NCBI RefSeq assembly: GCF_006345805.1
Contig: NC_042999.1
Span: 150,040,001-150,104,000 of the forward strand
Direction of reading: 5' to 3'
Length of the DNA: 64,000 bases
From: Octopus sinensis
Taxonomy: Eukaryota
Shown piece after piece: positions 12,690 to 24,027 of this stretch. The first letter of the stretch is position 1, and the number at the start of each line of letters is the position of its first letter. The notes under the pieces are model-generated. The model was not told where the DNA came from, did not search any database, and worked only from the letters and a program-made list of their open reading frames with translations. The position numbers and the translations under genes were made by a program.

Positions 12690-13690
12690 GCTGAAGCAAG
12701 CATATCAAAAATATTCATGGACAGCTGACCTCCATGATGGTACATACTTTTTCTTGTCTGTCCCAAACAACAATACCTGACTTGTTATGTTTACACTTGA
12801 CAGATGTCTTCAAGGGAATGTTCCACCAGTATTCCTTGTGTTGATGTTTGTTTATGTATTCAATAATGGGGTGGGGGCAGCTCTATATTTATTCCAGGGC
12901 AGTCTTTTTTTCCCCGATAGCAACGTAATTTGTTTTTGCGGCAACGTCATGCCGCAATAAAGCGGTGGTATCTCAGTGACTGCTAATCATATGTGTGATG
13001 TCTTCCACAGAAATATGATATAATCTTCATATAGGGTTCCATCTTGGATGTCTAAGGGCGTCACTGTCTCTTGTTTATTAGGTACTAGCAGTATCGCCCG
13101 GCGTTGCTCGGGTTTGTAAGGGAAATAACTATATAAACATTTTTAGAGAGTTATAGCCAAAGAATAGCAAAAAAATGCATTAAAAAGGAAAAAAAATTAT
13201 GGTAAATTTTTTTTTAAATCGCTGACTCATCGTAGATATTTTTAGAGAGTTACTTCCCTTATATAATAGCGAAAAAATGTATTAAAATGGAAAAAAATGA
13301 TGGTAATTTTTTTTTTAAATCGTAGACTCATCGTAGACGCGCGCTAATACCCAGAAGGGCTCGATCTGAATCACGACTATAAGATACCCAGTTTTGGTTA
13401 AACTGCACCGCAAAATGTGGGAGTAGTTAGGAATCTAAATCGTAGGAGACAGACACACAACTTCTCTTTTATATATAAAGATTTAGTAGCAATCTCCTGT
13501 TCTTGGATTGCAAAGGCATAGTCTTTGAAGTGTGATGTGATGTAGCGGTCACGAATACTAGAGAAGCTTCGCCTCATGTCCATATTACTGTCTCCTTCTT
13601 GTTTTCGGAAAACATATCTCATGTAGTCCTTTTTATTTTTTTATGCTGAGCCTTTCATATCCAGGTCTTCTTTGAGGTATCTACATACAC
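12690..13690 (-). mobile_element. R4/Dong-like RLE-type non-LTR retrotransposon C-terminal remnant, split by a Helitron
   Basis: Reads YAFAIQEQEIATK|YLINKR, then VEDITHMISS...LRHDVAAK (CCHC region), then EYWWNIPLKTSVKCKHNKSGIVVWDRQEKVCTIMEVSCP (RLE motif, with PD decayed to SG). Confidence 0.75.
13085..13481 (-). mobile_element. Non-autonomous Helitron (397 bp)
   Basis: Minus strand begins TCTTTATATATAAAA and ends CCCGAGCAACGCCGGG hairpin + CGATACTGCTAG. Inserted between A and T with no TSD; contains an internal duplicated segment at about 13140-13335. Confidence 0.9.
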
Positions 13691-13709
13691 ACGCAGGCAC
13701 GCCCACGCG

Positions 13710-13757
<48 letters not shown>

Positions 13758-14789
13758 TGGGGGGTGTTGACACTGGTGGTTTACTATTATAGGGGAGACA
13801 ATCTCTTCTCGATTAAACTGAAGCGGTTTGAAAGTTGAGATTGTATATGATAATGTAAAGAAGTTATTGAGCATATGCATTTAATTTCTTTTCTACACAT
13901 TATAAAGCTTTTTAATTTTCGAGTTTTTGATAGCCATGTATAGCGCTACTTTATTATCCTTTGATATCGTCAGCACGACATAATTTGAGAGTAATAAATG
14001 AAGCTAAATTCAACATTTTACACAGATATATATCTTATGAAGAGAAAATAGTTTAAAAGACATACTTGGCTTTATTTTTTTCATTCTAAATTGTTAATTG
14101 TTCAGTAATAGAGAAAATAGAGAGAGATGAATTTCTTTATTAGCTATTTCGTCCAAAGAAAAGGCCGTTCCCTGTTAAAAACAAATTATGCGTGTGATTG
14201 CTGAAAGCAACTTTTAGTGTAAGGGAGATAACTCTTACACCGCCATCAACTTTGGATTTTATGTGCATGTTGGTGCGAGTTTCGTTGATTGTCGATTTTC
14301 AGATCTCTATATTATGCAGCAGTTTCCATCTACGGTCGTGTCCCTTTATTTCACTTGCTCTTCTTAACTGTAACTTCTTTCAGTAGCCTGGAGATTTATG
14401 AGCTCTGCCACACCAATTTATCTTCCTTTTTGTTTGCGAACTTTTTCCTTTCTCTGAAATAATAAGCTTATCGTATTCAGTGCTCAAGTGTTCTAAGCTA
14501 ATTGGAAAAAGTTTAAAGAGGGGACAGACAACAGAAATAAGTCAGGTAAAGAAAAATTGCAATGATAGTCAAAGCTACATGAATAGTACACAATAAAACA
14601 TAAAAAGACAGGAAAATTAACAGCGATAAGAAGAGAGAGGAGGAAAGATACATCAGTACGTTTGGAGTTGTGTTGGCGAATTTTGAGAAGCAGGGAAATT
14701 TTTGTAGGATGCAGTATCCTGACAGTTACAAGCCGCACGTAGTTCATACAATGATTCAATGATTCTAAGCATGAGTAATGGGTGCTGCG

Positions 14790-15390
14790 CTTTTTCCTTT
14801 CTCTCTTTTATCACCGGTCTGGAACCCCTATCTTGCCCAGGATATCAATCGTCTGGAAGCTGTTCAGCGACGTGCAACCAAAAGAATACCCTCCATCAGG
14901 CATTTGCCATATCCTGAACGCCTTACTTCCCTGGGCATGGACACATTGAAACTCCGATGTCTGGTAGCTGACTTGGCAGACACCCATAAAATTATCAACC
15001 ATCGTACAAACAATAATTCCGAGCACCTTTTCAAACTCCACCCATCTAACACCCGTGGACATATTTACAAAGTCAGAAAACAGCACAGCTCCCATGACTT
15101 CAGGAAACATTTTTTCAAGCTGAGAGTTGCTGAAGCATGGAACAAACTGCCGGCATCAGTTGTTAGTTGTCGGAGCACTGCATCCTTCAAAACTTCCATG
15201 CTTTCTGAGATTCACCAACACTACACCTGATTTTCTCCCCTCCATACACACACAGGCATGTATCTAACTCATACATTGTTCGCTTTCCAGACATTTTTAC
15301 ATTACTGCATGTACTTTATATGCACTTTCTGACAATTTGTGGTGCACCTGAGCACTGTATACAATAATTTCATTATTATTATTTATTATA
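14790..15390 (+). mobile_element. 5'-truncated CR1/L2-type LINE 3' end
   Basis: SPVWNPYLAQDINRLEAVQRRATKRIP...TRGH...RKHFFKLRVAEAWNKLP, then a 3' UTR and an (ATT)n-like tail. A degraded sister copy lies at about 25100-25365. Confidence 0.85.
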
Positions 15391-15721
15391 ACCAGGTGGT
15401 AGGGGTATTGAATGAAAAAAGGTGGCCAAAGTTGTTTGAAAGACGATGGAAAAGTTTGTCGGCTTCATCTAGTCAGATGCTAGATGTCGAACCTTTCGTG
15501 TATTGATGCCTTGAGAACTAAGACACTCATGACTGACAAAAAGAATTCGTCTGGTGTACATCTTCGAACACCTTCCAGTAGATCGATGTTCCAGATAAGA
15601 TGAGAGGCGGATGTTCGAACTGGAGATGCAAACTGTAAGTATGGACGTATTCAAAGCAAATCGAAGGCAGAATCAACTAAAGTTGACTAGAATACCTTGT
15701 AGTGTTATAGTTCATTTATAT

Positions 15722-15900
15722 TCTTGTATTCATGGCCTAGTGGTCAGAGTGTTGCTCTCGCGATCCTAAGATCGTGGTTTCGATTCCCAGACCGAGCAGT
15801 GCGATGGGTTCTTAAGCAAGACACTTCATTTCACATTGCTCCAATTCACTCAGCTGACAAAAAGGAGTGGTCTTACGACAGACCAGCTAATGTGATCCCA
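15722..15900 (+). mobile_element. tRNA-headed SINE (family C)
   Basis: tggcctagtggtcagagtgttg...gtttcgattccc head plus CORE-like segment. Confidence 0.65.
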
Positions 15901-16057
15901 GTCACAACTACATCATGATAACTTGGTAACCGACTGCATGACTCCCAGGACTCGAAACAGATTTACCTTTTATATTCCCTAATTCAAAGCCACAGGGTTA
16001 CAGTGTTTTTCGTCCTTCTGACTCGATGAAATATCATATATTGATCATATTCCTGTA

Positions 16058-16088
<31 letters not shown>

Positions 16089-16570
16089 GTTTAACGTCCG
16101 CTTTCCATGCTAGCATGGGTTGGACGGTTCAACTGGGGTCTGGCAAGCTCGAAGGCTGCACCAGGCCAGTCAGATCTGGCAGTGTTTCTACACCTGGATG
16201 CCCTTCCTAACGCCAACCACTCCGAGAGTGTAGTGGGTGATTTTATGTGCCACCGACACAGGTGCCAGACGAGGCTGGCAGACGGCCACGCTTGGATGGT
16301 GTTTTTATGTGCCACCGACACAGGTGCCAGACGAGGCTGGCAGACGGCCACGCTCGGATGGTGATTTTATGTGCCACCGACACAGGTGCCAGACGAGGCT
16401 GGCAGACGGCCACGCTCGGATGGTGTTTTTATGTGCCACTGACACAGGTGCCAGACGAGGCTGGCGAACGTCCACGCTCGGATGATGTTTGTTACGTGCC
16501 CTCAGCACGGAGGCCAGTCGATGCGGTACTGGCTACGGTCACGTTCGGATGGTTTTCTTATGTGCCACTC
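16058..16570 (-). mobile_element. SINE-like repeat family B: RTE-type 3' end, (GAT)n tail, internal 62-bp tandem array
   Basis: (CAT)n + cgtttaacgtccgctttccatgctagcatgggttggacg...ggatgcccttcctaacgccaacc. Repeat units start at 16241, 16303, 16365 and 16427. Confidence 0.8.
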
Positions 16571-17745
16571 TCATAAATCTATTATATTAAAATAAGACTA
16601 CAACACAAAAACTATATGGAGTGTGGGATCACTCTGTGCGGTCGATTTGAGCCTTTGATTTTGTTTCCTGAAATTAATACATATTAATCTGTCCTCCTGT
16701 CTGGAGTTCTTTTAATTGTAATTAAAGCACTTTACAGGATAAATTTCTTCTTCTTCTTCTTCTTCTTCTTCTTCTTCTTTTTCTTCTTCTTCTTCCACCT
16801 CCTCCTTCCGGTCGTGGTAGAGGGGAAGAAAGCCTTCTCCTCTTCCTTTTCTACTCCTGCTTCTTTTTCTCTTCCACTGCTTTCATTTTCTTTTCCTCCT
16901 GCTCTACCACAACTGCCACTACTCCTCCTCTTCTCCTGCTTCCTCCTTTTCTCCTCCTTCACTTCCCTTCTTCTTCTTCTTTACATGCTTGAGTAAGTAA
17001 GAAGATACTGAGAAAAAAACAAAATAAAAATATAAAACAGATTGGTGTCTGCTGTCTTGAATAACCAACTTCAACATGTTACTAATGTTATGTCTATTTT
17101 ATCAATCTTGACAAGATGGAAAACAAAGTTAATTGAGCATGAATTTTCAACTTAGAATGTAAACAGAATGAAGCTAAATAATACCTCACATACTTTCTCA
17201 AATTCAGTCCTTGACTACCTAGGTTGGGTGGAGGGTGCAATGAATAATATTTACTGCATTTTTGACTTTGAAAAAAATTATAGTTTTTATCAATGTTCAC
17301 TACAGTATAAAAACTATATCAGCTAAGCAAATTTCCTTCTCTTAATTCATTAAAAACACTGTAACATATTCAGAGCACAATTTCAGAAAATTATCTCCAT
17401 TCTCTTTGAGCACAGAAAAGACAAATTTAGCTGGGGCAAAATGAGTAAGACATGATGAGGTAAATATTCTGCTTCAGTTCTCCAGAGTTACATTTGAAAA
17501 AGACTCATACACATCAATATCCATCCTTAGATATCAAAAGGATCAGAAATGCAACAAAACTTTTAAATATCTCAGCTAAATGAAAGATAATCATGGAAAA
17601 ATGACACATATGAAATTAATGAAACTCAACTAAATAGAATAAGAATAACATAAAATATTCTCTACAGCAGTGGCTCCCAACCTTTTCACTACCAAAGACC
17701 CTTATTTAAATGAATTTTCCCATGGACCACTTTTAATATGTTTAT

Positions 17746-17797
<52 letters not shown>

Positions 17798-17801
<4 letters not shown>

Positions 17802-18082
17802 GTTGCCAGCCCCGCCTGGCCCCCCCATGCCGGTGGCACGTAAAAGCACCATCCGTTCGTGGCCGTTTCCCAGCTCCGTCTGGCACCTGTGCGGGTGGCG
17901 CGTAAAAAGCACCCACTACACTCACGGAGTGGTTGGCGTTAGGAAGGGCATCCAGCCGTAGAAACACTGCCAGATCAGACTGAGTCTTATGCAGCCTTCT
18001 GGCTTCACAGACCCCAGTTGAACCGTCCAACCCATGCTAGCATGGAAAACGGACACTAAATGATGATGATGATGATGATGAT
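17798..18082 (+). mobile_element. Family B SINE nested in the hAT element
   Basis: Ends ...ccatgctagcatggaaaacggacactaaa(TGA)n; preceded by (TA)n. Confidence 0.8.
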
Positions 18083-18339
18083 ATATAACACAAAGTAAGA
18101 TAGGGGTTGTGGATCTAACCAACTAAGGGATAATACTTATCCAATATACTGTTGGTATAATACCCAATTATTAATACACAAGTGTTTTTAATTGCAATGC
18201 AATAAACTTACTTATTGTATTAAATGGGTGAAGGTAAAGAAATATTTTACCATTAACTTATATTACAAATAAGAAAATGGAGAAGCACATTAGTTGGTTC
18301 ATCAGCTTTAGGATATTAAAATGTTGACTTATTTATTTA

Positions 18340-18730
18340 TCAAAACGACAACCATAATAACATAATACATATAGTATATTATTCGATGCATATAAGATAA
18401 GAATACAAGCAGTTATTTAAAACCATGAATATAAATTATTAAAATCCCTTACAGCTGTTTCAGCCTATGGATAATAGCATATCATTGTGCCTATATTAGT
18501 CAAGTGTATTGAGGTGGTAGGCAGTTGAAAATGAGGTACTTATATATATATCCCTAGGCCTCGTCAGAGATTATAAAGTACAATCAAAAGAGGATATTTA
18601 AACCTCTTATAGGGATATTTTATCCAAGATACACTGGTTTGATATATTATATTTGAAGATATATTTCTTCAATGAATATATTATATAAAATATCATAAAA
18701 TATCAAACATTATTATCAAGTTAGAAAACT
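18340..18730. mobile_element. Probable Penelope-like element terminal fragment
   Basis: ttacagctgtttcagcc...taggcctcgtcagag resembles the TGTTTCGG...CTCATCAG motif pair typical of PLE pseudo-LTRs (from family knowledge; no alignment run). Confidence 0.4.
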
Positions 18731-21171
18731 GAGAGATCTGATGGATACAAATTCATTTATTAATTACTTAACATATTCATCAACAATTGTTTCATTTCAC
18801 AAATAAAATTAAAATTAAAAAGCATATATAAATATATAATTTTGCATTTTAAATACCTTGTATGGAAGATGATCAGTGTGTACAAAGGACAATAATGATT
18901 ACATTAGGATATGTTTTGAAAACTTAGAATGTATAGACATGTTTATTATGTGTGTGTGCATACATACATTAAAATTATTACTTTTACTTTAATTTCTACA
19001 CCCTGATGACCTTCCATACAAAGTATTTAAAATGCAAAATTATATATTTATATGGTTTGTAATTTTAGTTTTGTCTGTGAAATGAAACAATTGTAGGTGA
19101 ATACGTTAAGTAATTAATAAATTAATTTGTATCCATTAGATTTCTCTGTTTTCTAACTATGTATATGCATACACACACACACACATATAATATTTGAAAT
19201 TTTGAGTTTAGTTCACAGACCCCCACCGTACTACCTTTGCAGACCACCAGGGTTCTACAGACCACAAGTTGGTAACCACTGCTCTATAGCTTCTTTATGA
19301 TCTGCTGGAGTGGCTCTCTTCCTGAAATATTTATGTACCATGCAGTTAAAGAGAAAAAAATATCGAAATTTGTCATTACTCATTTTGCCCCAGTTTAGAC
19401 AATTTTTTTTTTTAGGTGGGGGAATTGAAAATTATCAAATTAGGTATTAGTGCCTTGGAATCAAAAACATAAATAAATAAATATTGACTGTTAAACACCT
19501 AAAATATTTTATTTACAACTTCAATTACAACCGGGTCAAAGTTGAAAAATTTCTGGAAAAAAATGTACCCATCAGCTATGTTTCTAACTCTCAATATCAA
19601 CAACAACAACTAAGCTGATCAATTTTTACTTCCAAAGTTGATGTAACTGTACAAAATGATGACGCAATACTTTGCAAAAAATGGTTTCAAACAGGTAGGG
19701 AGTAAAAAACGAGAAATCAGAAATTACTCATTTTGCCCTCCCACAGCTTTTTCTTCTTCTGAAATTTGATAAACATTGCATTCTCTCAGCTTCAAAATGT
19801 AACAGCAGTAGTTAAATGCTAAAAGCAGAAACTGCTGCTTTACATAAAGACAAAGCCTTTAGCAGTGTCCTTCCTTCTCCATGTCTATGTAGAAATACAG
19901 TAGTTAAAGTATTATCTTCAGTCCTAAGACTCATAGGACCAGTTCTCTGGTTTCCCTAATGTATTGGGTTGTCCAGAAAGTTTGTGCCGATTTATAGTCT
20001 ATTATAGGCACGAGGCCCGAAATTTTGGGATTACTTCGACCCAGGACTCAACTGGTACTTAATTTATCGACCCCGAAAGAAGGATGTAAGGCAAAGTCAA
20101 CCTCGGCGGAATTTGAACGCAGACTTAAAGACGGACAAAATGTCGCTAAGCCTTTTGCTCGACGTGCTAACGGTTCTGCCTCAATAATAACAAAAATAAT
20201 TGTTTCAAATTCTGGTATAAAGCCAATAATTTTTGGAGGAGAATGTTAGTTGATTACATCGACTCAATTGCTTTACTTTATCGACCATGAAAGAACGAAT
20301 TGACCGAGGTGGAATTTGAACTCATGTCGTAAAGAACCAGGAAAAATGTCGCTAAGTATTTTGTCCAATGGTTAACGATTCTGCCAACTTCTTCCTCCAG
20401 AAGTTCGTCACTAACAATAAGTAACAAAAGGTGAGAAATAATAAAAAATACTTGGTTTTAAAAAAATTTGGAAGAGATCGATTCGCTCATTCACCAATTT
20501 AGACTATTTTACGTCTCTCATATCATCGATGACAGCGAAAATGCCACGTACATCACATAATCTCATATTAGCTACAAAATAAATCAAGACAAATGATTTT
20601 ATGTCGATATCTAAAATTAATTTCTCGGGCGTAACCAAGTTGTTAATAAGAGTTGCCTCCCATGAATTAATTAACGATAAAAAAATCACTAAAAATTTCG
20701 CTGTCAGTAACTTTTCGTTAATAGTCTCGGAAGTGGAGAGGAAGACCTTGGTCTTTGTAGGTCCTTTGTGTGTGTGTGTGTGTGTATAAATATTCACACA
20801 CACACACACAAATATATATATATATATAAATGTGTGTGTGTATATATATATATGTATTATGTATGTATGTATATATGTATGTGTGTAAGTGTATGTTTGT
20901 GTGTCTGTGTTTGTCCCCCCAACATCGCTTGACAACCGATGGTGGTGTGCTTACGTTCCCGTAACTTAGCGGTTCGGCAACAGATATCGATAGAATAAGT
21001 ACTAAGCTTACAAAGAATATGTCCTGGGGTCGATTTGCTCAACTAAAGGCGGTGCTCCAGCATAGTCGCAGTCAAAACAAATAAAATAGATAAAAGATAT
21101 GTGTGTGTGTGTGTATATGTGTCAAATTCCATTTATCGTATAAGGACTGGTAGCACTAATCACCAGTTCAC

Positions 21172-21248
<77 letters not shown>

Positions 21249-21322
21249 TGTATACATGCATGCATGTATGTATGTATGTATGTATGCATGCATGCATGCA
21301 TGTATGTATGTATGTATGTATG

Positions 21323-21353
<31 letters not shown>

Positions 21354-21605
21354 GTGTGAGCCGGGAAGCTGGAATCTGGAGATTTTAACCCTACACCTAA
21401 CTACCATCATATTGAACCATTAATCCCTACATGTTCTTTTTCTTTCTGTTCCTTTTTTTTTTTTAATTTTTCGTTCTCTCACCATTTTTTACCCATGAAT
21501 CCTTTCAGCAGATGAGCATAGGCTCAAAACGTAAAAGACTTTTCCATTCTTCCCAAGCATCTAATTAATACACCTTCTTGTCCCTTTTAGTTTTCTGTAA
21601 ATTTG

Positions 21606-21647
<42 letters not shown>

Positions 21648-22008
21648 TCACCACGACCATCATCATCATTATCATCATCATCATTGTTTAATGTTCATTT
21701 TCCATGCTGACATGGGTTGGCTGGTTTGACCAGCTGTTCCAGCCTCCAGTCATGTTTTGGCTTGGTTAATAATGTCTGAATGCATTTATGTATGCTTGCA
21801 TTTATGTATTTTTGTATGTCTATATGACAATACTATTGTATTCCAGAAAAATATTCTTGTCTAAAGAAGAAATTCTCATATCAACAACAAATTGAAGACA
21901 AAGAAAATAATTTGTGAAACAAATAAAGAAAGTAAATGTTTAATCAATTTCAATATTTAATCATGGATCAATAATAATTCTATTTTGGCACAAGGTCAGC
22001 AATTTTAA

Positions 22009-22233
22009 CCCTTTCCATACCAACCCAGCTGAAACTGCCTCTGGCTCTGTAATACAAATGTCTTGTTTCCATAAGTTTTCAATTAAAATCTTCCACCAAA
22101 CCTTAATCACAATTTATGTTCCTAACACTAGCTTAATGATAACTGAGTTATTTTACTAAATTCTTTGTTATATTTAAAATTAATTGAAAAAAAAAACACA
22201 GAGCATCTCAACAGAAATATGGTAACAAAAGGG
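22009..22233. mobile_element. piggyBac-type MITE, copy 1
   Basis: TTAA|CCCTTT ... AAAGGG|TTAA (TTAA at 22005-22008 and 22234-22237). Confidence 0.8.
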
Positions 22234-22264
22234 TTAAAATATATAACAGAGAAACAATTTTTAA

Positions 22265-22478
22265 CCCTTTTGATACCAAATGAAACCGGTTCTGGTTCTG
22301 TAGTGCAAATGTCTTGTTTTCATAAGTTTTGAGTTAAAATCTTCCACCAAACCTTAGTCACAATTTATGTTCCTAACACTAGTTGAATGATTAAGTTATT
22401 TTACTAAATTCTTTGTTATATTTAAAATTAATTGAAAGAAACACACAGCATCTCAAAATAAATACAGTAATGAAAGGG
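22265..22478. mobile_element. piggyBac-type MITE, copy 2 (a third, degraded copy at about 24630-24840)
   Basis: TTAA|CCCTTT ... AAAGGG|TTAA (22261-22264 and 22479-22482); body highly similar to copy 1. Confidence 0.8.
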
Positions 22479-23169
22479 TTAAGGGAAGTGGGTAAGATAC
22501 TTACCTTGATCCCCAGTGCTCAACTGGTACTTATTTTATCAACTCCAAAAGGATGAAAGGCTAAGTTGACTTCAGCAGAATTTAAACTCAGAACAGAAAG
22601 AGCCAGAATAAATGTCACCAAGCACTTCGTCCTCCTTGCTGCCTTCTCATGGATCATTAATAATAATAGAAGAAAGGATATTGGTTATTCTGTAATTTCT
22701 GGCACAATTTTTCTGTAATTTCTGGCACTATTTCCATTAATCATTCCTTAATTAACATATAGATAACTAATAATTTTTTTTTTTTTTGCACAAAGTAAAA
22801 TGTACTTGTGCTGGTGCCATGTATGAAGCACCTGTACCAGTGCCTCATCAAGGGCACCCATACCAGTGCCACATAAACATCACCCATGTTGGTTCTACAT
22901 CAAAAGCATTAATGCTGGTGGTACATAATAGCATTGGTGCTGGTGCCTTATGTAAAGAACACTCAGTACACTCTGTAAAGGGGTTGGATTTATGAAGGGC
23001 ATCTTGCCTTAGAAACCATGCCAAAGCAAGCAATGGAGCCTGGTGCAGTTCTCTGCCCCTGCCAGCTCTTACCAAACTGTCCAACCCATGCCAGCGTGGA
23101 AAACATATGATGATGATCATGATCAGGATGACTACAGCAAATCATCTTTTATGAGTTAACTGACCATTA

Positions 23170-23700
23170 ATTTAATAACCTCCTATTGAGTTGCAGAGCA
23201 TTCATTGGTGAAACCAGGATACTGACCTGGATTTTGCTGATGATGCAGTTATTCTTGTTGAGTCTCTGAATGTCTTAAGCAGCACTCTCTTTTCATTAAG
23301 TGAGGAAATGGATCCACTTGGCCTTAGAATTTCTTGGGTCAAGTCAAAGATTCAATCTTTCATCGGCTTCCTAGGAAACTCCATCTCATCCATTTCTGGT
23401 GCAGGTGAGAATGTCAAAATTGTTGACCACTTCAGTTATCTCACCAGCATGATCCATACTAGTTTTAGCTGCAAGTCTGAAGTCTTGAAAAGACTTGGCC
23501 ATGCTGGTGCAGTTCTGGACTCACAGGACAAGGGTGTTTGGTGCTGCTGATATTTGTGCAGGAGGACAAAAGTTCAGATGTTTAGGTCTCTGGTTCTCCC
23601 TGTCTTGCTCTATAGTTGTAAGACTTGGACACTGGAACCCTTAGGGGCTGTTTGAACTCCTTTGGTACCAAGACTCTTTTCAAGATTATGGGCTACCATT
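23170..23700 (+). mobile_element. RTE-clade LINE RT fragment (its 3' end probably continues at about 24290-24580)
   Basis: DLDFADDAVILVES...LGLRISWVKSKIQ...FSYL...EVLKRLG...TKVQMFRSLVLPVLLYSCKTWTL. Confidence 0.8.
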
Positions 23701-23805
23701 GGTTGAACTTTGGACCCAACCAACGACTATACTAAGTATACTATATGACTATATATATATACTATATATACATATACTATATATATATATACTATATGAC
23801 TATAT

Positions 23806-24027
23806 GAAGGCAGACGCGTTAGCACGCCAGGTAAAATGCTTAGTGGTATTTCGTCTGTCGTTACATTCTAAGTTCAAATTCCACCAAGATCAACTTTGCT
23901 TTTCATCTTTTCGGGGTCAATAAATAAAGTACCAGTTTCACACTGGGGTCGATGTAATCGACTTAATCCCTTTGTCTGTCCTTGTTTGTCCCCTCTATGT
24001 TTAGCCTCTTATGGGCAATAAAGAAAT
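23806..24027 (+). mobile_element. Young family A SINE
   Basis: Near-consensus core and tail ...gtcccctctatgtttagcctcttatgggcAATAAAgaaata. Confidence 0.85.

Larger units (their letters stand above)
17668..19281. mobile_element. Non-autonomous hAT (Charlie-like) element, about 1.6 kb, with nested insertions
   Basis: Termini CAGTGGCTCCCAAC / GTTGGTAACCACTG; 8-bp TSD ctctacag (17660-17667) / ctctatag (19282-19289). Confidence 0.8.

Noticed and set aside
16241-16500. CRISPR-like regularly spaced repeats
   Set aside because: The units are contiguous near-identical tandem repeats with no unique spacers, inside a eukaryotic SINE; no cas genes.
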